Source of the DNA: Macrostomum lignano
Taxonomy: Eukaryota
Reading direction: 5' to 3'
DNA length: 64,000 bases
Assembly: GCA_002269645.1 (NCBI GenBank)
Contig: NIVC01000322.1
Coordinates: forward strand, 165,396-229,395
Positions 27,101 to 41,054 of this stretch are shown piece by piece. The notes beneath the pieces are model-generated. The model worked only from the letters and a program-made list of their open reading frames with translations. It ran no database searches and had not been told where the DNA came from. Each line of letters starts with the position of its first letter. The stretch's first letter is position 1. Both the position numbers and the translations under genes were made by a program.

Positions 27101-28675
27101 TTAGCTAGTCACTAACTTACTGTGGCTTGTTTTTTAATAATTTAAATTTCATTACTTTTTTAATTTCAGTTTTTTCTTTGAACTCTTTTCTTCTGTCTAA
27201 ATGGCATTTTATACTTCTTTTTTTCCTGTCTTAGAGTGTAAGCGAAAAATTAAGAATTTTCTTGCTTGAGACAAAATTATATCTGCATGTAATGTTATTG
27301 CTTACTCTATATCAGTTTGCAGTATAGTTTAACTTTTTTATAAACAATTATTATGCTGAAAATTTTAAATTATAAATTTAAAAGAAACCAAAAGTTCAAT
27401 AACACTGTGTAAGATTTAAGTCTCATGTTTTTGGCACTTTTTGATTAGCCATATTTAGCATCAAAGAAGTGACAGTCATGTTGATCTTAATTATTGTTTA
27501 AATTTATAAGTTTAGCGTGTACTTTTTTGCTATTTTTCTGAACTTTCGAACCCTTCGTTTTTAGCCAGCATTTTGGTTTTCAAACATTCGAGAAAATAAT
27601 ATTCGTAGTTAAAAATTCTAAAACAGACAGAAGACAGGAGCCATAACGGGGTTGCATGGATGACAAACAAAAGAAACTGGAGAAGATCTGCTCAAACTCT
27701 GCCCTGCTGAAATCTGTCCATCTCTCTCTCTACCGTTGCATTCTCACTCTCTCCCTAGCAAATGTAAACAAGGCTCTGGCAAACAGCGAAAAAGCACAAG
27801 CTGACTGATATCTGCTATAGACTACTGCCGTCCCACCGCTCCCTCGCTCTCTCCCCCCATCTCATTTCTCAGCCCTCCTCAACCCGTTATGAGCTGACGA
27901 CAAGAGAACTGGCGTACTTTGCTTCGCTTTGCACACAAAGCAGAAAAACGTCTTTTGTGGGGAGTTGGCGAGCAAGCCAGTGGTTGCTAGGGTGTGCAGG
28001 TATTTTTTTAATTATGGGGGGGTTAGAGGTAAGAGATTGAAGCCAGTTCGTTGTTCAATAGGCTTAGTTTCAGGTGGAAGGCAGGTGAGGTGTTTGTCTG
28101 CCTTTCCAAGACTCCAAGACTGCTTCACCCCCACCCCAACCGGCCTATATTCCTCATAGGCATTTGCAGCAGCTGTACTCTTTGGCTTTTAATCTTTGCT
28201 GCCAATGCCGCTGCAGATGCGCGATGGATGAACGTAGAGCTTCATCTCATCTTTCTTTCCCTTTGAATTCAACTGCTGCAAAATGGGCTCCTTTTATGCC
28301 TTCAGCTGGACGGTTGGTTAAGTAAAGATGCACTTCATTATTTGCTCTGTCGCTGCCTACCTGCCTACCCTCTTCTCTTCTCTTCATCTCTAGCACAGTA
28401 AATCCTAGCTCACTTACACTCGCGCTCTCCATTATTTATGGTCAGCGCAGACAGAGACTGGTTTGACAGACACAGGCAGGTGTTATCTGTATCCAAGCAT
28501 CGACAAAATGAGTTAAAAAACGGGTTTCAAGTGTTTCAAGCCCTTTTCAAATACTTTCTCCTGAAATTCACCATTTCAGTGTGGACAAAATAAACTGCAA
28601 CTTTAATTCCGGCATAGTTGGTTATTGAATTTCAAATTAGAGTTCAGACACAGAGCGCAGTGACTGCCGTGTGCC

Positions 28676-29374
28676 ATGACCAGCGCACTGATGGAGCACA
28701 GCGGCAATGTTGGCAGCCTCCTGGCCGCCCGACGTCAGGCCAGGGAGGAGCGGCGCCGGCAGAAGCGGATAGTGATTTTCTGCAACGGCGACATCTTCTT
28801 CAAGGGCAAGAAGGTGAGCATCACGCCGAACAGGTACGTGTCCTACAACGACCTGCTGCAGGACCTGACGTACCGGATGCCGCAGAATCTGTACCTGCCG
28901 AATGGCGTCAGGCAGCTGTTCTCCCCCAGCAGCGGCCGACGCCTTGGAAGCATCTCCGACCTTCGGGACGGCGGCGCGTACGTGTGCGCTGGCAATGAGA
29001 CTTTCAAGCCTGTGAAGTATGGAGCCGCTGAGCTGCTGCCCTGGGGCAAAGGTGAGCTGATTAAGACTACTGGCAACTCACCGCATTGGGTTCACATGTT
29101 CACGCATTCACGTAGCTGTCTAACTGTCAATATTCTCTTTTTCTGTTCCCTGTTTTAGAGGGTAAGAGATTTTTTAAAAATCCTTTTGCCTGCCCCTGAT
29201 GCTAGGGGTTGAATCAATTTATTAGAATTCATGCACTCACCTTGTTTAGCGCACCTTTATCGTTTTAACGTAGGCTGCGTTTTTTTAGAAATTATCAAGT
29301 TTCCTTTCAGTTTTTCATTTTCTAGTTTCAAAAGAACCTGATAGATAGGTAGATAGATAGATATATAGATAAAC

Positions 29375-29471
<97 letters not shown>

Positions 29472-29486
29472 TATAGATAGATAGAC

Positions 29487-29537
<51 letters not shown>

Positions 29538-29538
29538 C

Positions 29539-29634
<96 letters not shown>

Positions 29635-32600
29635 CGATCCCTAACTACAGTGCCGTCTATCAAACCCTCTCAGGCGCGCAGTCCAGCGGCAACTTCGACT
29701 CCGCCATCTACACAGGCAGCAGCTCCCAATTCGCCGGCTACAACGCGTTCCCGCCATCAAGGTTCCTGAAGCGGCAGCACCACGGCCAGCAGCAGCCGCA
29801 GGCTCTGCAGCTCAAGCACCCGCCCGAGTCCAGCCGCTTCGCCGCTCTCCGAGGATCCCGCGGACACGAGGCTGGCAGCGGAGCCGGCGCCGATGCTTCC
29901 GCTGGCATCGGTGGTGCCCCCGCCAGCCCAAGGTGATCACCGTCATCAAGGACGGTCAGCGGCCGCGCCAGGTGGTGAAGATCCTGCTGAACAGGCGCGG
30001 GGTGCAAAGCTTCCAGCAGCTGCTGGCCGACATCTCCGACTCGTTCGGCGGCGGACGGCGCGGCGGGCGACTTCGCCGACTGTGGAGCATCGCCGGCAGG
30101 GACGTTCGGGACGTCGGCGACCTGTTCCGCGACGAGGAGATCTTCGTGGGCAGCTCCGGCGAGGAGGCGATGACGCTGGATCGGGTGTCCGACCTGCTGG
30201 ACGAGTTGTACCCCGGGAACGCCGAAGTCAAGTCGTTGCTCCGACACTGGGAGCGCCGGCTCCGACGCCAGCAGAAGCGACGCGGCAGCAAGGGTCACGT
30301 GACCGCTCAGCAGCAGCAGCAGCAGAAGCAGTCTCGGCAGCCGCAGCAGCTGCCGCCTCCGCGCGTTGAAGAGCGAGACAGCGGCTACGAGGAGGCTGAG
30401 GGCTCGGCGTCCACCCCGACCTCCGGCGCCGCTCCGCTCCGAGGCGAGCCGCTGCGCCAGGCTCTGGCAGCCCGGCGGCATTCGAAGCCGCTGCCGCTGA
30501 TCCACGAGCCGCCATCGCAGCAGCAGCAGCAGCCGCAGGAGCCGGAGGAGATCAGCCGGCAGCAGAGGCTGGCGGAGGAGCAGCGACTGGCTGATGAGGC
30601 AGCGACAGCGAAGAAGGACAAGCAGCGCCGGTTGGGTAAACAGCGCGAGACTCCGGCAGGGAAACAACAGCAGCAACAGCAGCAGCAGCAGCAAGCCAAG
30701 GGTCGAGTTGTGTTGCCACCGATCCAAGCCTCTTCCAAGGAGCCGCAGACTGCTGAGAAATCTCGAAAAGCAGACGAGAAGCAGGCGCGCAAGGAGAAGA
30801 AGCAGCAGGAGGAGCAGCAAGAGGAGCAGCAGCAGCAGGAAGCTGATCAGGCACTGCCGTCGCTTCCGCAGCTTCCACCGGAACCTGCCGCCGTGGCAGC
30901 CGCCGACACAAAATCTCCCAAGCACCCATCGCCAAGGCAGCTTCAGCAGCAGCAGCAGCAGCAGCAACATCAACAGTCAAGACGGTCATCCACACCGAAA
31001 CCGGAAACCCCGGTGGCTCGGGTCCTGTCCCCGGTGCGCGAGGAAGAGAAGGAGGCCACGGCGGCCACAACGGCCACCACTGCCGCAGCCACTGTCACCG
31101 CCACGGCTACCGCAGCAGCCGCCACACCATCTGATGAAGCTTCCAGCGTCCAGGAGACGCCTAGGAAGCCCGATGAAAAGAAGGACCAGCAACAGCGGGC
31201 GTCGGCCAAGGAGAAGGCCAAGAAGGAATCACCTCAACGACAAACTCTCAAGACTCCCAAGAAGAGCGCATCGAAGAAGCGTCAGTCGGAGAGTGAGAAG
31301 CCGGAAGAGCCTCAGCAGCAGCCGCCGGCCCCGCCCGACTCCCAGCGGCCGCTGATCCGCCCCATCTCATCCAGCCGGTTCATCAATGAACGCTTCGAAC
31401 TGGGAAAAACCATGGGCGACGGCAACTTCGCCATCGTCCGGGCCTGCGTCAAGAAGGAGAGCCGAAACGAATACGCCATGAAGGTGATTGACAAGTCCAA
31501 GCTGCGCGGCAAGGAGCACATGGTGATCAATGAGGTTCGCATCATGAAGATGTGCCAGCATCATAACATTGTCCGCCTGGTAGAGGAGTACGAGACTCGC
31601 ACGGAGATCTACCTGGTGATGGAGCTGGTCAAAGGTGGCGACCTGTTTGACGCCATCAGTCAGGTTGTGAAGTTCAACGAGACCCAGGCGGCTCACATGG
31701 TGGCTGACATGGCCAATGCGCTGTTCTATCTGCACAGCAGGAATATTGTGCACCGGGACCTCAAGCCTGAGAACTTGCTGGTAAGGGACAAGTTGATACT
31801 TTGTAGGGATTACAGTAATTACTCTTTGTTGGAGTTCAGAGTGTAGGAGCCTAATTTCTAATTTGGGGACATATTAGGGATTATAAATTTGGGATCTGGG
31901 ATTTGAGAGCATTCGGGATTTGGGATCTGGGATCCTGGATTCTGGGATCTGGGACGTGGGATTTGGGATCTGGGATCTGAGATTAGGGATCTGAGATTAG
32001 GGATCTGAGATTAGGGATCTGAGATTAGGGATCTAGGATCTTGGATCTGGGATTTGGGATCTGGTAGCGCTATGGGAATATGACACGCCATTTTATCTTC
32101 CATCCGCAGGTTTACCGCACCAAAGACAATCGGATCAGCTTGAAACTGGGCGACTTCGGTCTTGCGATGGAGGTTGAGAAGCCGATTTACACAGTCTGCG
32201 GAACCCCTACCTATGTTGCTCCGGAGATTCTGGAGGAGAGAGGCGAGTGTTGCTATTGCTTCACTTCTAGACGTAACCTTGATTCTCCAATTAGACAGGT
32301 GAAAGATCCAATTAGACATGTGAAACATTCAATTAGACAGGTGAAACATTCAATTAGACACGTGAAACATCCAATTAGACACGTGAAACATCCAATTAGA
32401 CAGGTGAAACATCCAATTAGAGTGGTGAAACAACCAATGAGAGTGGTGAAACATCCAAGTAGAGTGGTGAAACATCCAATTAGACAGGTGAAACATCCAA
32501 TTAGACAGGTGAAACATTCAATTAGACAGGTGAAACATCCAATTAGACAGGTGAAACATCCAATTAGACAGGTGAAACATCCAATTAGACAGGTGAAACA

Positions 32601-33698
32601 TCCAATTAGACAGGTGAAACATCCAATTAGACAGGTGAAACATCCAATTAGACAGGTGAAACATTCAATTAGACAGGTGAAACATTCAATTAGACAGGTG
32701 AAACATTCAATTAGACAGGTGAAACATTCAATTAGACAGGTGAAACATCCAATTAGACAGGTGAATATCCAAATAGACAGGTAAAACATCCAATTAGACT
32801 TGTAAAACATCTAATTAGACAGGTTAAGCAGGTGTCAAAGTATTTACAACAGTAATATTTAAAGATTAATGATGTTTGATTACTGCAGGCTACGGTCTCG
32901 AGGTGGACCTGTGGGCTCTTGGCGTCATCACGTACATTCTCCTGTGCGGATTTCCGCCCTTCCGAAGCCGGGAACGCCGGCAAACGGAACTGTTCCAGTT
33001 TATCAAATCGGGCGTGTTTGAGTTCCTCAGTCCCTACTGGGATCACATCTCGCTGTGTGAGTTTTGAATTATACTTTTATCGAATATTATGGTGTTTACT
33101 GAAATAATGTACGAATGAATGTGTTTTTTATTCGTTTTTTTACTTCAACTCGTTGGCAAATTTAAATCGGTGCCAAAAACCCGGAAAATATTTTGAAGCA
33201 CCAAATATCTCCTACTTTTATTTCTCGTAGGTTTCGAAGTTTTTTCTTAGAATTTTAAATAAGTTCTAGGAAGTTTCCTAGAAACTAATTAGCTACTATT
33301 TTAATAGAATTTTTCAAGCACAGATTTTGAGTCGTGTATAATGTTATGATTTCTTGGAAAATAGTAGACTCTAAGAAGGTATGAAATTAAATAAATTAAA
33401 ACAAATTTGTTTTTCTAACTGTAATAATTATTTTCAAACCGGAATTCCAGCGGCTAAAGACCTCATCCAGCGCCTGTTAGTAGTTGACAGACGACGACGG
33501 TACACCGCAGTGGACGTGCTCTGCCATCCGTGGGTGATCAGCGTCGGGGGCTCAAGAAAGCTGCCAGCCAATGTCACCATGAAGGAGCATCAGGCCAAGC
33601 TGAGAGACCAGCTGACCAAGCAGGCAGACGAAGGCATGACGGAATTCCTGAAGGTCAAGGCAAGCAGCATCTATGGTGGACCGGTTAGTGCAAAGTAG
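28676..33698 (+). CDS. DCLK: Doublecortin-like Ser/Thr kinase (2 DCX domains, Q-rich linker, CAMK-type kinase)
   Basis: Exons 28676-29051, 29674-31780, 32110-32242, 32889-33056, 33451-33698. Motifs: DCX (IFCNGD..., [15 protein letters not shown]; VITVIKDG...), [30 protein letters not shown]. Needs one extra C in the C-run at 29917-29921; intron 3 is GC-AG. Confidence 0.92.
29341..29635 (+). repeat. (ATAG)n microsatellite in DCLK intron 1
   Basis: Tandem array. Confidence 0.97.
31885..32065 (+). repeat. 7/14-bp GGGATCT(GAGATTA) repeat in DCLK intron 2
   Basis: Tandem degenerate copies. Confidence 0.85.
32286..32830 (+). repeat. 21-bp minisatellite CAATTAGACAGGTGAAACATC in DCLK intron 3
   Basis: Tandem array filling most of the intron. 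Confidence 0.95.
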
Positions 33699-34681
33699 AT
33701 CCGCTATTCAATTAAGAGATTAATTTCTGCTTAAAACTCATTTAAGAATAAAATTGTAATACTCTCCGAACTGTGCCTTGTATTACAGTTTCTTGAAGAA
33801 CCAACTGCCTTTCCTTTAAGTGTCAGTTAAATGTTGTAATTGTTGATTTCATCTATAGTATTTTTGCCCTATATAGCTGGCAACCTACTAATAGTACTAG
33901 ATTTGCATGTACTTTTATTTTATTTCAATGGAAAAATTCTCCAAAACTGCTTCGACCTTGAAATATTTAGATTTCGCATTTTTGTACATTTCGAAGTGTA
34001 CACGTGTAGTATAACTGACTGCCTCTATTTTAATGACCAATGTCCTAGAGATACTACTGCTATTTTGATAAGTAGTGTAATTAGAGTATTCTGTGTATCT
34101 TGATTAATTAATTATATTAATTAGTGTAAAATGCGATATTTTCTATCAAAAAAACCCTTGCTAAACAGAAATGATAATTTATAGATTCGAACTATTTGTT
34201 CTACTTTCAAACCAGTATTGTACCTTGTGTACAACAGCATGGACCCTTCGGCCTTCAACAGACGAGCTAGCTACGCATGTACTTCTGTTGGCACACTTTT
34301 AAAGGATATTTTAGCTTCTTAATCATTGCTCCAGTTTATATTCCGTGTGTCTGATGATGCACAATTGATGGCTAATGTTAGCTCACAATGCTTTATATAC
34401 TACTGTATACGCGTATAGAAGCAGTAGTATATGAATTATGCTCAGAGTTCACGAATGTGCCTTATTTTAAAGTCGGATTTTACATTTATTATATAGATTA
34501 CCAAGATATTTTAATTATTACTATTATTTTACCTGTGCCTTGGTTATTCACATCATAAATGCGAATTATAATAAAATTTATGCATAAATTATTTTCGTAG
34601 CGCAACTCTGATTTAACTTCAACTGTTTGATCTGAGAAACTTTTGACTAACCTTTTTTTCATGAACTTCAATGCCGGCTTT

Positions 34682-35150
34682 TTCACCCACCCACAGATGC
34701 CTCAATGCCGCCCCTTCACCCACCCAGTGCCTCAGTGCCGCCCCTTCACCCACCCACAGATGCCTCAGTGCCGCCCCTTCACCCACCCACAGATGCCTCA
34801 GTGCCGCCCCTTCACCCACCCACAGATGCCTCAGTGCCGCCCCTACACCCACCCACAGATGCCTCAGTGCCGCCCCTTCACCCACCCACAGATGCCTCAG
34901 TGCCGCCCCTACACCCACCCACAGATGCCTCAGTGCCGCCCCTTCACCCACCCACAGATGCCTCAGTGCCGCCCCTTCACCCACCCACAGATGCCTCAGT
35001 GCCGCCCCTTCACCCACCCACAGATGCCTCAGTGCCGCCCCTTCACCCACCCACAGATGCCTCAGTGCCGCCCCTTCACCCACCCACAGATGCCTCAGTG
35101 CCGCCCCTTCACCCACCCACAGATGCCTCAGTGCCGCCCCTTCACCCACC
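34682..35150 (+). repeat. 33-bp minisatellite ACCCACCCACAGATGCCTCAGTGCCGCCCCTTC
   Basis: About 14 near-identical units. Confidence 0.95.
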
Positions 35151-35454
35151 TGGGTTTATACAAGTACAACATAAAAGCTACTTATAAAATGAATAAAAAG
35201 CAAACAAGTTCATGATTTGGTTCAAAACTATGCTGTCTACTATTTGATGAAGTTCTAACAACACTGTCTTTAGACTATTAGTCAGTAGTAGAGTAAGTTC
35301 CTATAACAATAAAACATTATATTTAAATGAGCACATTAATTAATAAGTTAAACGGCAATATGACTCTACATTTTGTTGTACAGTGGGACAGGTAATGGGC
35401 TTTAAGTTGTCGGTTGCACTAAGCTCTGTTTTTTAGTTTGCAATATAAAACTAT

Positions 35455-36200
35455 TTATGGATCCCATTATGGGGATAGTTATGAATTCCATTATGGGGAT
35501 ATTTATGAATCTCGTTATGGGGATATTTATGAATCTCATTATGGGGATATTTATGAATCTCATTATAGGGATATTTATGAATTCTATTATGGGGATATTT
35601 AAAAAATTCTATTATGGGCATATTTATAAAATTATCTTATGGGGATATTTATGAATCTCTTTATGGGGATATTTATGAATCTCATTATGGGGATATTTAT
35701 GAATCTCATTACGGGGATATTTATGAATCTCATTATGGGGATATTTATGAATCTCATTATGGGGATATTTATGAATCTCATTATGGGGATATTTGTAAAA
35801 TCCCATTATGGGGATATTTATGAATCTCATTATGGGGATATTTGTAAAATCCCATTATGGGGATATTTATGAATCTCATTATGGGGATATTTGTAAAATC
35901 CCATTATGGGGATATTTATGAATCTCATTATGGGGATATTTGTAAAATATCATTATGGGAATATTTATGAATCTCATTATGGGGATATTTATAAAATCCC
36001 ATTATTGGGATATTTATGAATCTCATTATGGGGATATTTATGAATCTCATTATGGGGATACTTATGAATCCCATTTATGGGGATATTTATGAATCTCATT
36101 ATGGGGATATTTATAAATCTCATTATGGGGATACTTATGAATCCCATTATGGTGATATTTTGGAATCTCATTATGGGGCTATTTATAAATATATTATGGG
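35455..36200 (+). repeat. 24-bp minisatellite ATTATGGGGATATTTATGAATCTC
   Basis: Tandem array. Confidence 0.95.
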
Positions 36201-36402
36201 GATAAAAACAAAGGATCCAAATTGAACACATTTTCAAACTTGGGACTCTAAAATGAAAAAGCTACACATTAAACTAACTCTATAGTAATATTGTGTTCAA
36301 ATCGCAAGCAAGCGAGCACGCGGTGCCACTTAAAGCCTACTAGAAGATATTTTAAAGTTTCAGTTTAGCCAGTTTAAACCAAGCAGTTTTCCTGTTCCGC
36401 AT

Positions 36403-39324
36403 TCACTCAGAGCTATCGCCAGCCGGTGGCACGAAGTTCCTGCTAGTAGTCCGCTCCTTGTTGAGCCTGAGCCACTCTCTGGCTCGGCGCTGACCCTCCT
36501 CCGAGGTGTCGCGGCTGTTGAAGGCGAACAGCGGGTCGGGGGTGCCGGGCGGCTCAGTGACGCTGTCCAAGTCTCGCTCTTCGATGCGCTGCGGCATGGG
36601 GGCCGGCGGAACCGGAGGGCGCGGCCGCTGGCTGTCGTGCAAGCGGATCTTGCTGAAGTAGCCGGGCGGTGGCCGCTCCTGGGGGGATTGCGGTTTGGGG
36701 GAATAAACCGGTGTCTAAAACAGGTGATAACCGGTGTCTAAAACAAATGATAACCGGTGTCTAAAACAGGTGATAACCGGTGTCTAAAACAAATGATAAC
36801 CGGTGTCTAAAACAGGTGATAACCGGTGTCTAATACAGGTAATAACCGGTGTTTAATACAGGTGATAACCGGTGTCTAATAGAGGTGATAACCGGTGTCT
36901 AATACAGGTAATAACCGGTGTTTAATACAAGTGATAACCGGTGTCTAATAAAGGTGATAACCGGTGTCTAAAACAGGTGATAACCGGTGTCTAAAACAAA
37001 TGATAACCGGTGTCTAAAACAGGTGATAACCGGTGTCTAATACAGGTAATAACCGGTGTTTAATACAGGTGATAACCGGTGTCTAATACAGGTGATAACC
37101 GGTGTCTAATACAGGTGATAACCGGTGTCTAAAACAGGTGATAACCGGTGTCTAATACAGGTAATAACCGGTGTTTAATACAGGTGATAACCGGTGTCTA
37201 ATACAGGTAATAACCGGTGTTTAATACAAGTGATAACCGGTGTCTAATAAAGGTGATAACCGGTGTCTAAAATAGGTGATAACCGGTGTCTAATACAGGT
37301 GATAACCGGTGTCTAATACAGGTGATAACCGGTGTCTAATACAGGTGATAACCGGTGTCTAATACATGTGATAACCGGTGTATAATACAGGTGATAACCG
37401 GTGTCTAATACAGGTGATAACCGGTGTCTAAAACAAATGATAACCGGTGTCTAAAACAGGTGATAACCGGTGTCTAATACAGGTAATAACCGGTGTCTAA
37501 TACAGGTGATAACCGGTGTCTAATACAGGTGATAACCGGTGTCTAATACAGGTGATAACCGGTGTCTAATACATGTGATAACCGGTGTATAATACAGGTG
37601 ATAACCGGTGTCTAATACAGGTGATAACCGGTGTCTAAAACAAATGATAACCGGTGTCTAAAACAGGTGATAACCGGTGTCTAATACAGGTAATAACCGG
37701 TGTTTAATACAGGTGATAACCGGTGTCTAATACAGGTGATAACCGGTGTCTAATACAGGTGATAACCGGTGTCTAATACAGGTGATAACCGGTGTCTAAT
37801 ACAGGTGATAACCGGTGTCTAATACATGTGATAACCGGTGTATAATACAGGTGATAACCGGTGTCTAATACAGGTGATAACCGGTGTCTAATACAGGTGA
37901 TAACCGGTGTCTAAAACAGGTGATAACCGGTATCTAAAACAGGTGACAGGACATAGCGGTCCGCACGATCACCTACCTGTCCCAGGTGCTGCCTCACGCA
38001 GTCATCAAACGGGCCCTGCTCCCGCCGGCAGTAGGCCGGACGGTTATAAGAGGTCGAGCGCTTCTCAAAGCAGTTCAAGTAGCGCTCGAACGGCAGGGCG
38101 CAGTGGCGCTTGATCTGGCGGAAGAACTCCAGGCCGCACTCGGTGACGGCCTTGCCCTCGGCCAGGCACTTGCGCGGGTCCTTTGAGTTGCATTTGGTAC
38201 ATAGAGTAGAATGATTGAGTATGTTAGGTAGATTAAGTAGTGTATATTGAGTAGAGCTAACTGAGTAGGGGTAGATTGAGTAGGGGTAGATTGAGTAGGG
38301 GTAGATTGAGTAGGGTAGATTGAGTTAGGGGTAGATTGAGTAGGGTAGATTGAGTAGGGTAGATTGAGTAAGGTAGATTGAGTAGGGTAGATTGAGTAGG
38401 GTAGATTGAGTAGGGGTAGATTGAGTAGGGGTAGATTGAGTAGGGTATATTGAGTAGAGTAGATTGAGTAGGGTAGATTGAGTAGGGGTAGATTGAGTAG
38501 GGGTAGATTGAGTAGGGTAGATTGAGTAGGGGTAGATTGAGTAGGGGTAGATTGAGTAGGGTAGATTGAGTAGGGGTAGATTGAGTAGGGTATATTGAGT
38601 AGGGTAGATTGAGTAGGGTAGATTGAGTAGGGGTAGATTGAGTAGGGGTATATTGAGTAGGGTAGATTGAGTAGGGTAGATTGAGTAGGGGTAGATTGAG
38701 TAGGGGTAGATTGAGTAGGGGTAGATTGAGTAGGGTAGATTGAGTAGGGGTAGATTGAGTAGGGTAGATTGAGTAGGGTAGATTTAGTAGGGTAGATTGA
38801 GTAGGGGTAGATTGAGTAGGGTAGATTGAGTAGGGGTAGATTGAGTAGGGTATATTGAGTAGGGTAGATTGAGTAAGGTAGATTGAGTAGGGTATATTGA
38901 GTAGGGTAGACTGAGTAGGGTAGATTGAGTAAGGGTAGATTGGGTAGGGTAGATTCAGTAGAGTAAGATTGGGTAGGGTAGATTGAGTATAGTAGATTGA
39001 GTAGAATCAGGTTGAGTAGGGTAGGTTGAGTAGGGGTATATTGAGTAGCGTAGAGATGAAGTAAGCATTGTAGAGTAGTATTGACTAAGTAGGCAAGGCA
39101 GAGTGGAACTATAAAATTACAAAAGTAGACAGACAGCCACAGTAGGGTGAGGCATTGCCTACCTTGAGCGTCTCCTGGTGGCACAGCATGAACTCCTTGC
39201 ACTGGTTGTCGCAGAAGCGGCCCAGCTGGTGCGCGGCGGCCAGCAGCGGCATGGTGGTGATGTTGAGCTCCGGCACCTCCAGCTCGGAGGCCGCCGGCAA
39301 CCAAACGTCGTTGCCAAGCACCAT
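36403..39324 (-). CDS. NDUFA8: NADH:ubiquinone oxidoreductase subunit A8
   Basis: Exons 39324-39163, 38180-37977, 36678-36403. LPAASELEV...AAAHQLGRFCD...KEFMLC...DPRKCLAEGKAVTECGLEFFRQIKRHC...ERP..GYFSK; twin CX9C pattern. Confidence 0.95.
36705..37945 (+). repeat. 23-bp minisatellite CAGGTGATAACCGGTGTCTAATA filling NDUFA8 intron 2
   Basis: Roughly 50 tandem units. Confidence 0.97.
38265..39050 (+). repeat. 14/15-bp minisatellite GAGTAGGG(G)TAGATT filling NDUFA8 intron 1
   Basis: Tandem array. Confidence 0.97.
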
Positions 39325-39414
39325 GACGGCGTTGCATTGGGGAATCAAACACGAGTACGTATTAAAAACTCGGCAGGATAACCAACGAGGATGAATTTAA
39401 GCTTGAGCCTTTAA

Positions 39415-39890
39415 ATTGAGGATCTGGGAGGCTGGCCTAGCAACTGAGGATCTGGGAGGCTGGCCCAGCAACTGACACTCTGGGAGGCTGACCCAGCAAC
39501 TGACACTCTGGGAGGCTGGCCCAGCAACTGACACTCTGGGAGGCTGGCACAGCAACTGACACTCTGGGAGGCTGGCGCAGCAACTGACACTCTGGGAGGC
39601 TGGCGCAGCAACTGACACTCTGGGAGGCTGGCCCAGCAACTGAGGATCTGGGAGGCTGGCCCAGTAACTGAGGATCTGGGAGGCTGGCCCAGCAACTGAC
39701 ACTCTGGGAGGCTGGTCCAGCAACTGACACTCTGGGAGGCTGGCGCAGCAACTGACACTCTGGGAGGCTGGCCCAGCAACTGAGGATCTGGGAGGCTGGC
39801 CCAGTAACTGAGGATCTGGGAGGCTGGCCCAGCAACTGACACTCTGGGAGGCTGTCCCAGCAACTGAGGATCTGGGAGGCTGGCCTGGGA
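39415..39890 (+). repeat. 28-bp minisatellite CTGGGAGGCTGGCCCAGCAACTGACACT
   Basis: Tandem array just upstream of the NDUFA8 start. Confidence 0.95.
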
Positions 39891-40419
39891 TCAACTAAAG
39901 CCGATGGTTTTTGGGATTTTAATGAACAACAAAACTGCAATAACGTTTAGCGATCAAGAAATGATTTACATATTTACTTGTATAATACACTTTTATATCT
40001 AATATTTTATAGATCGTCAAACTGATCAAACGCATACCGACAGAGCGTAACCAGAATATAAATGTTAGTATATATAATCGCAAGTGAACAGAGGTTTCTT
40101 AAAACGCCTAAGAATAATTTGCAAATAGGTGGAAAACTACTCATAGTAGAATATATCCTATATAGACAGCTTAATATTCAATTTATTGTCTTCTAACACT
40201 AGATATGACACCAAATAAAACAACAAAAAATAACTTCTATTATATCAGAAGATGTACATATGCTGATAATATAGCAGGATATTAACAATTTGTAATGGAC
40301 ACCAATATTGTATGCTTTTTTATTACATCAATAGACAGAATTATAAAATTAGAAATACCCGACAATGACTGCTTCGGACCAAGGATTGAACGATTGATTT
40401 TTCAAAAAATACAAGCGGG

Positions 40420-40900
40420 GAGAGGGCTGGAGAGGAGAGGTGAGGAGAGAGAAGACATGATAGGACGGGAGGAGGATAGACAAGAGAGGAGAGGGTTGAG
40501 AAGAAAGAGGAGGGAAGAGAGGTGAGGAGAGATATGAGAGGAGAGAGGAGGGGAGGGAAGGTAGATAGATAGATAGATAGGGAGAGGAGGGAGAGGGGGA
40601 GGAGAGTTGAGGAGAGAGAGGAGAGGAGAGAGGAGAGGTTAGGAGAGAGGAGAGAAGAAGAGAGGAGAGGAGAGGAGAGGAGAGGAGAGGAGAGGAGAGG
40701 AGAGGAGAGAGGAGAGGAGAGAGGAGAGGAGAGGAGAGAGGAGAGGAGAGGAGAGGAGAGGAGAGGAGAGGAGAGAGAGAGGAGAGGAGAGGAGAGGAGA
40801 GGAGAGGAGAGGAGAGGAGAGGAGAGGAGAGAGGAGAGGAGAGGAGAGGAGAGGAGAGGAGAGAGACAAGAGAGGGAAGGAGAGGAGAGTAGATGAGAGA
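40420..40900 (+). repeat. Polypurine (AGAGG)n tract
   Basis: Low-complexity GA repeat. Confidence 0.95.
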
Positions 40901-41054
40901 AACCAATGCTTTAAAATAGTTAATCTGGGGTGAACCTGGAGTTTCTCACAGGCCTGCAGACCCCGGCCATCAGAGCTCAGACGGGCACCAGCAAGTCAAT
41001 TAAAGAGCCGTCAGTCCCACAGCCCCATGAGTCATCATCAAGCAGAGCCCAAAC

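Noticed and set aside
29738-31753. Antisense and alternative-frame ORFs over DCLK exon 2
   Set aside because: Expected shadows of GC-rich, CAG-rich coding sequence.
38181-39168. NDUFA8 intron 1 as an introner-type insertion (CTCAAG at the exon end, CTCAAAG at the acceptor)
   Set aside because: The repeat is short and imperfect, there are no TIRs, and the other introns do not show it.
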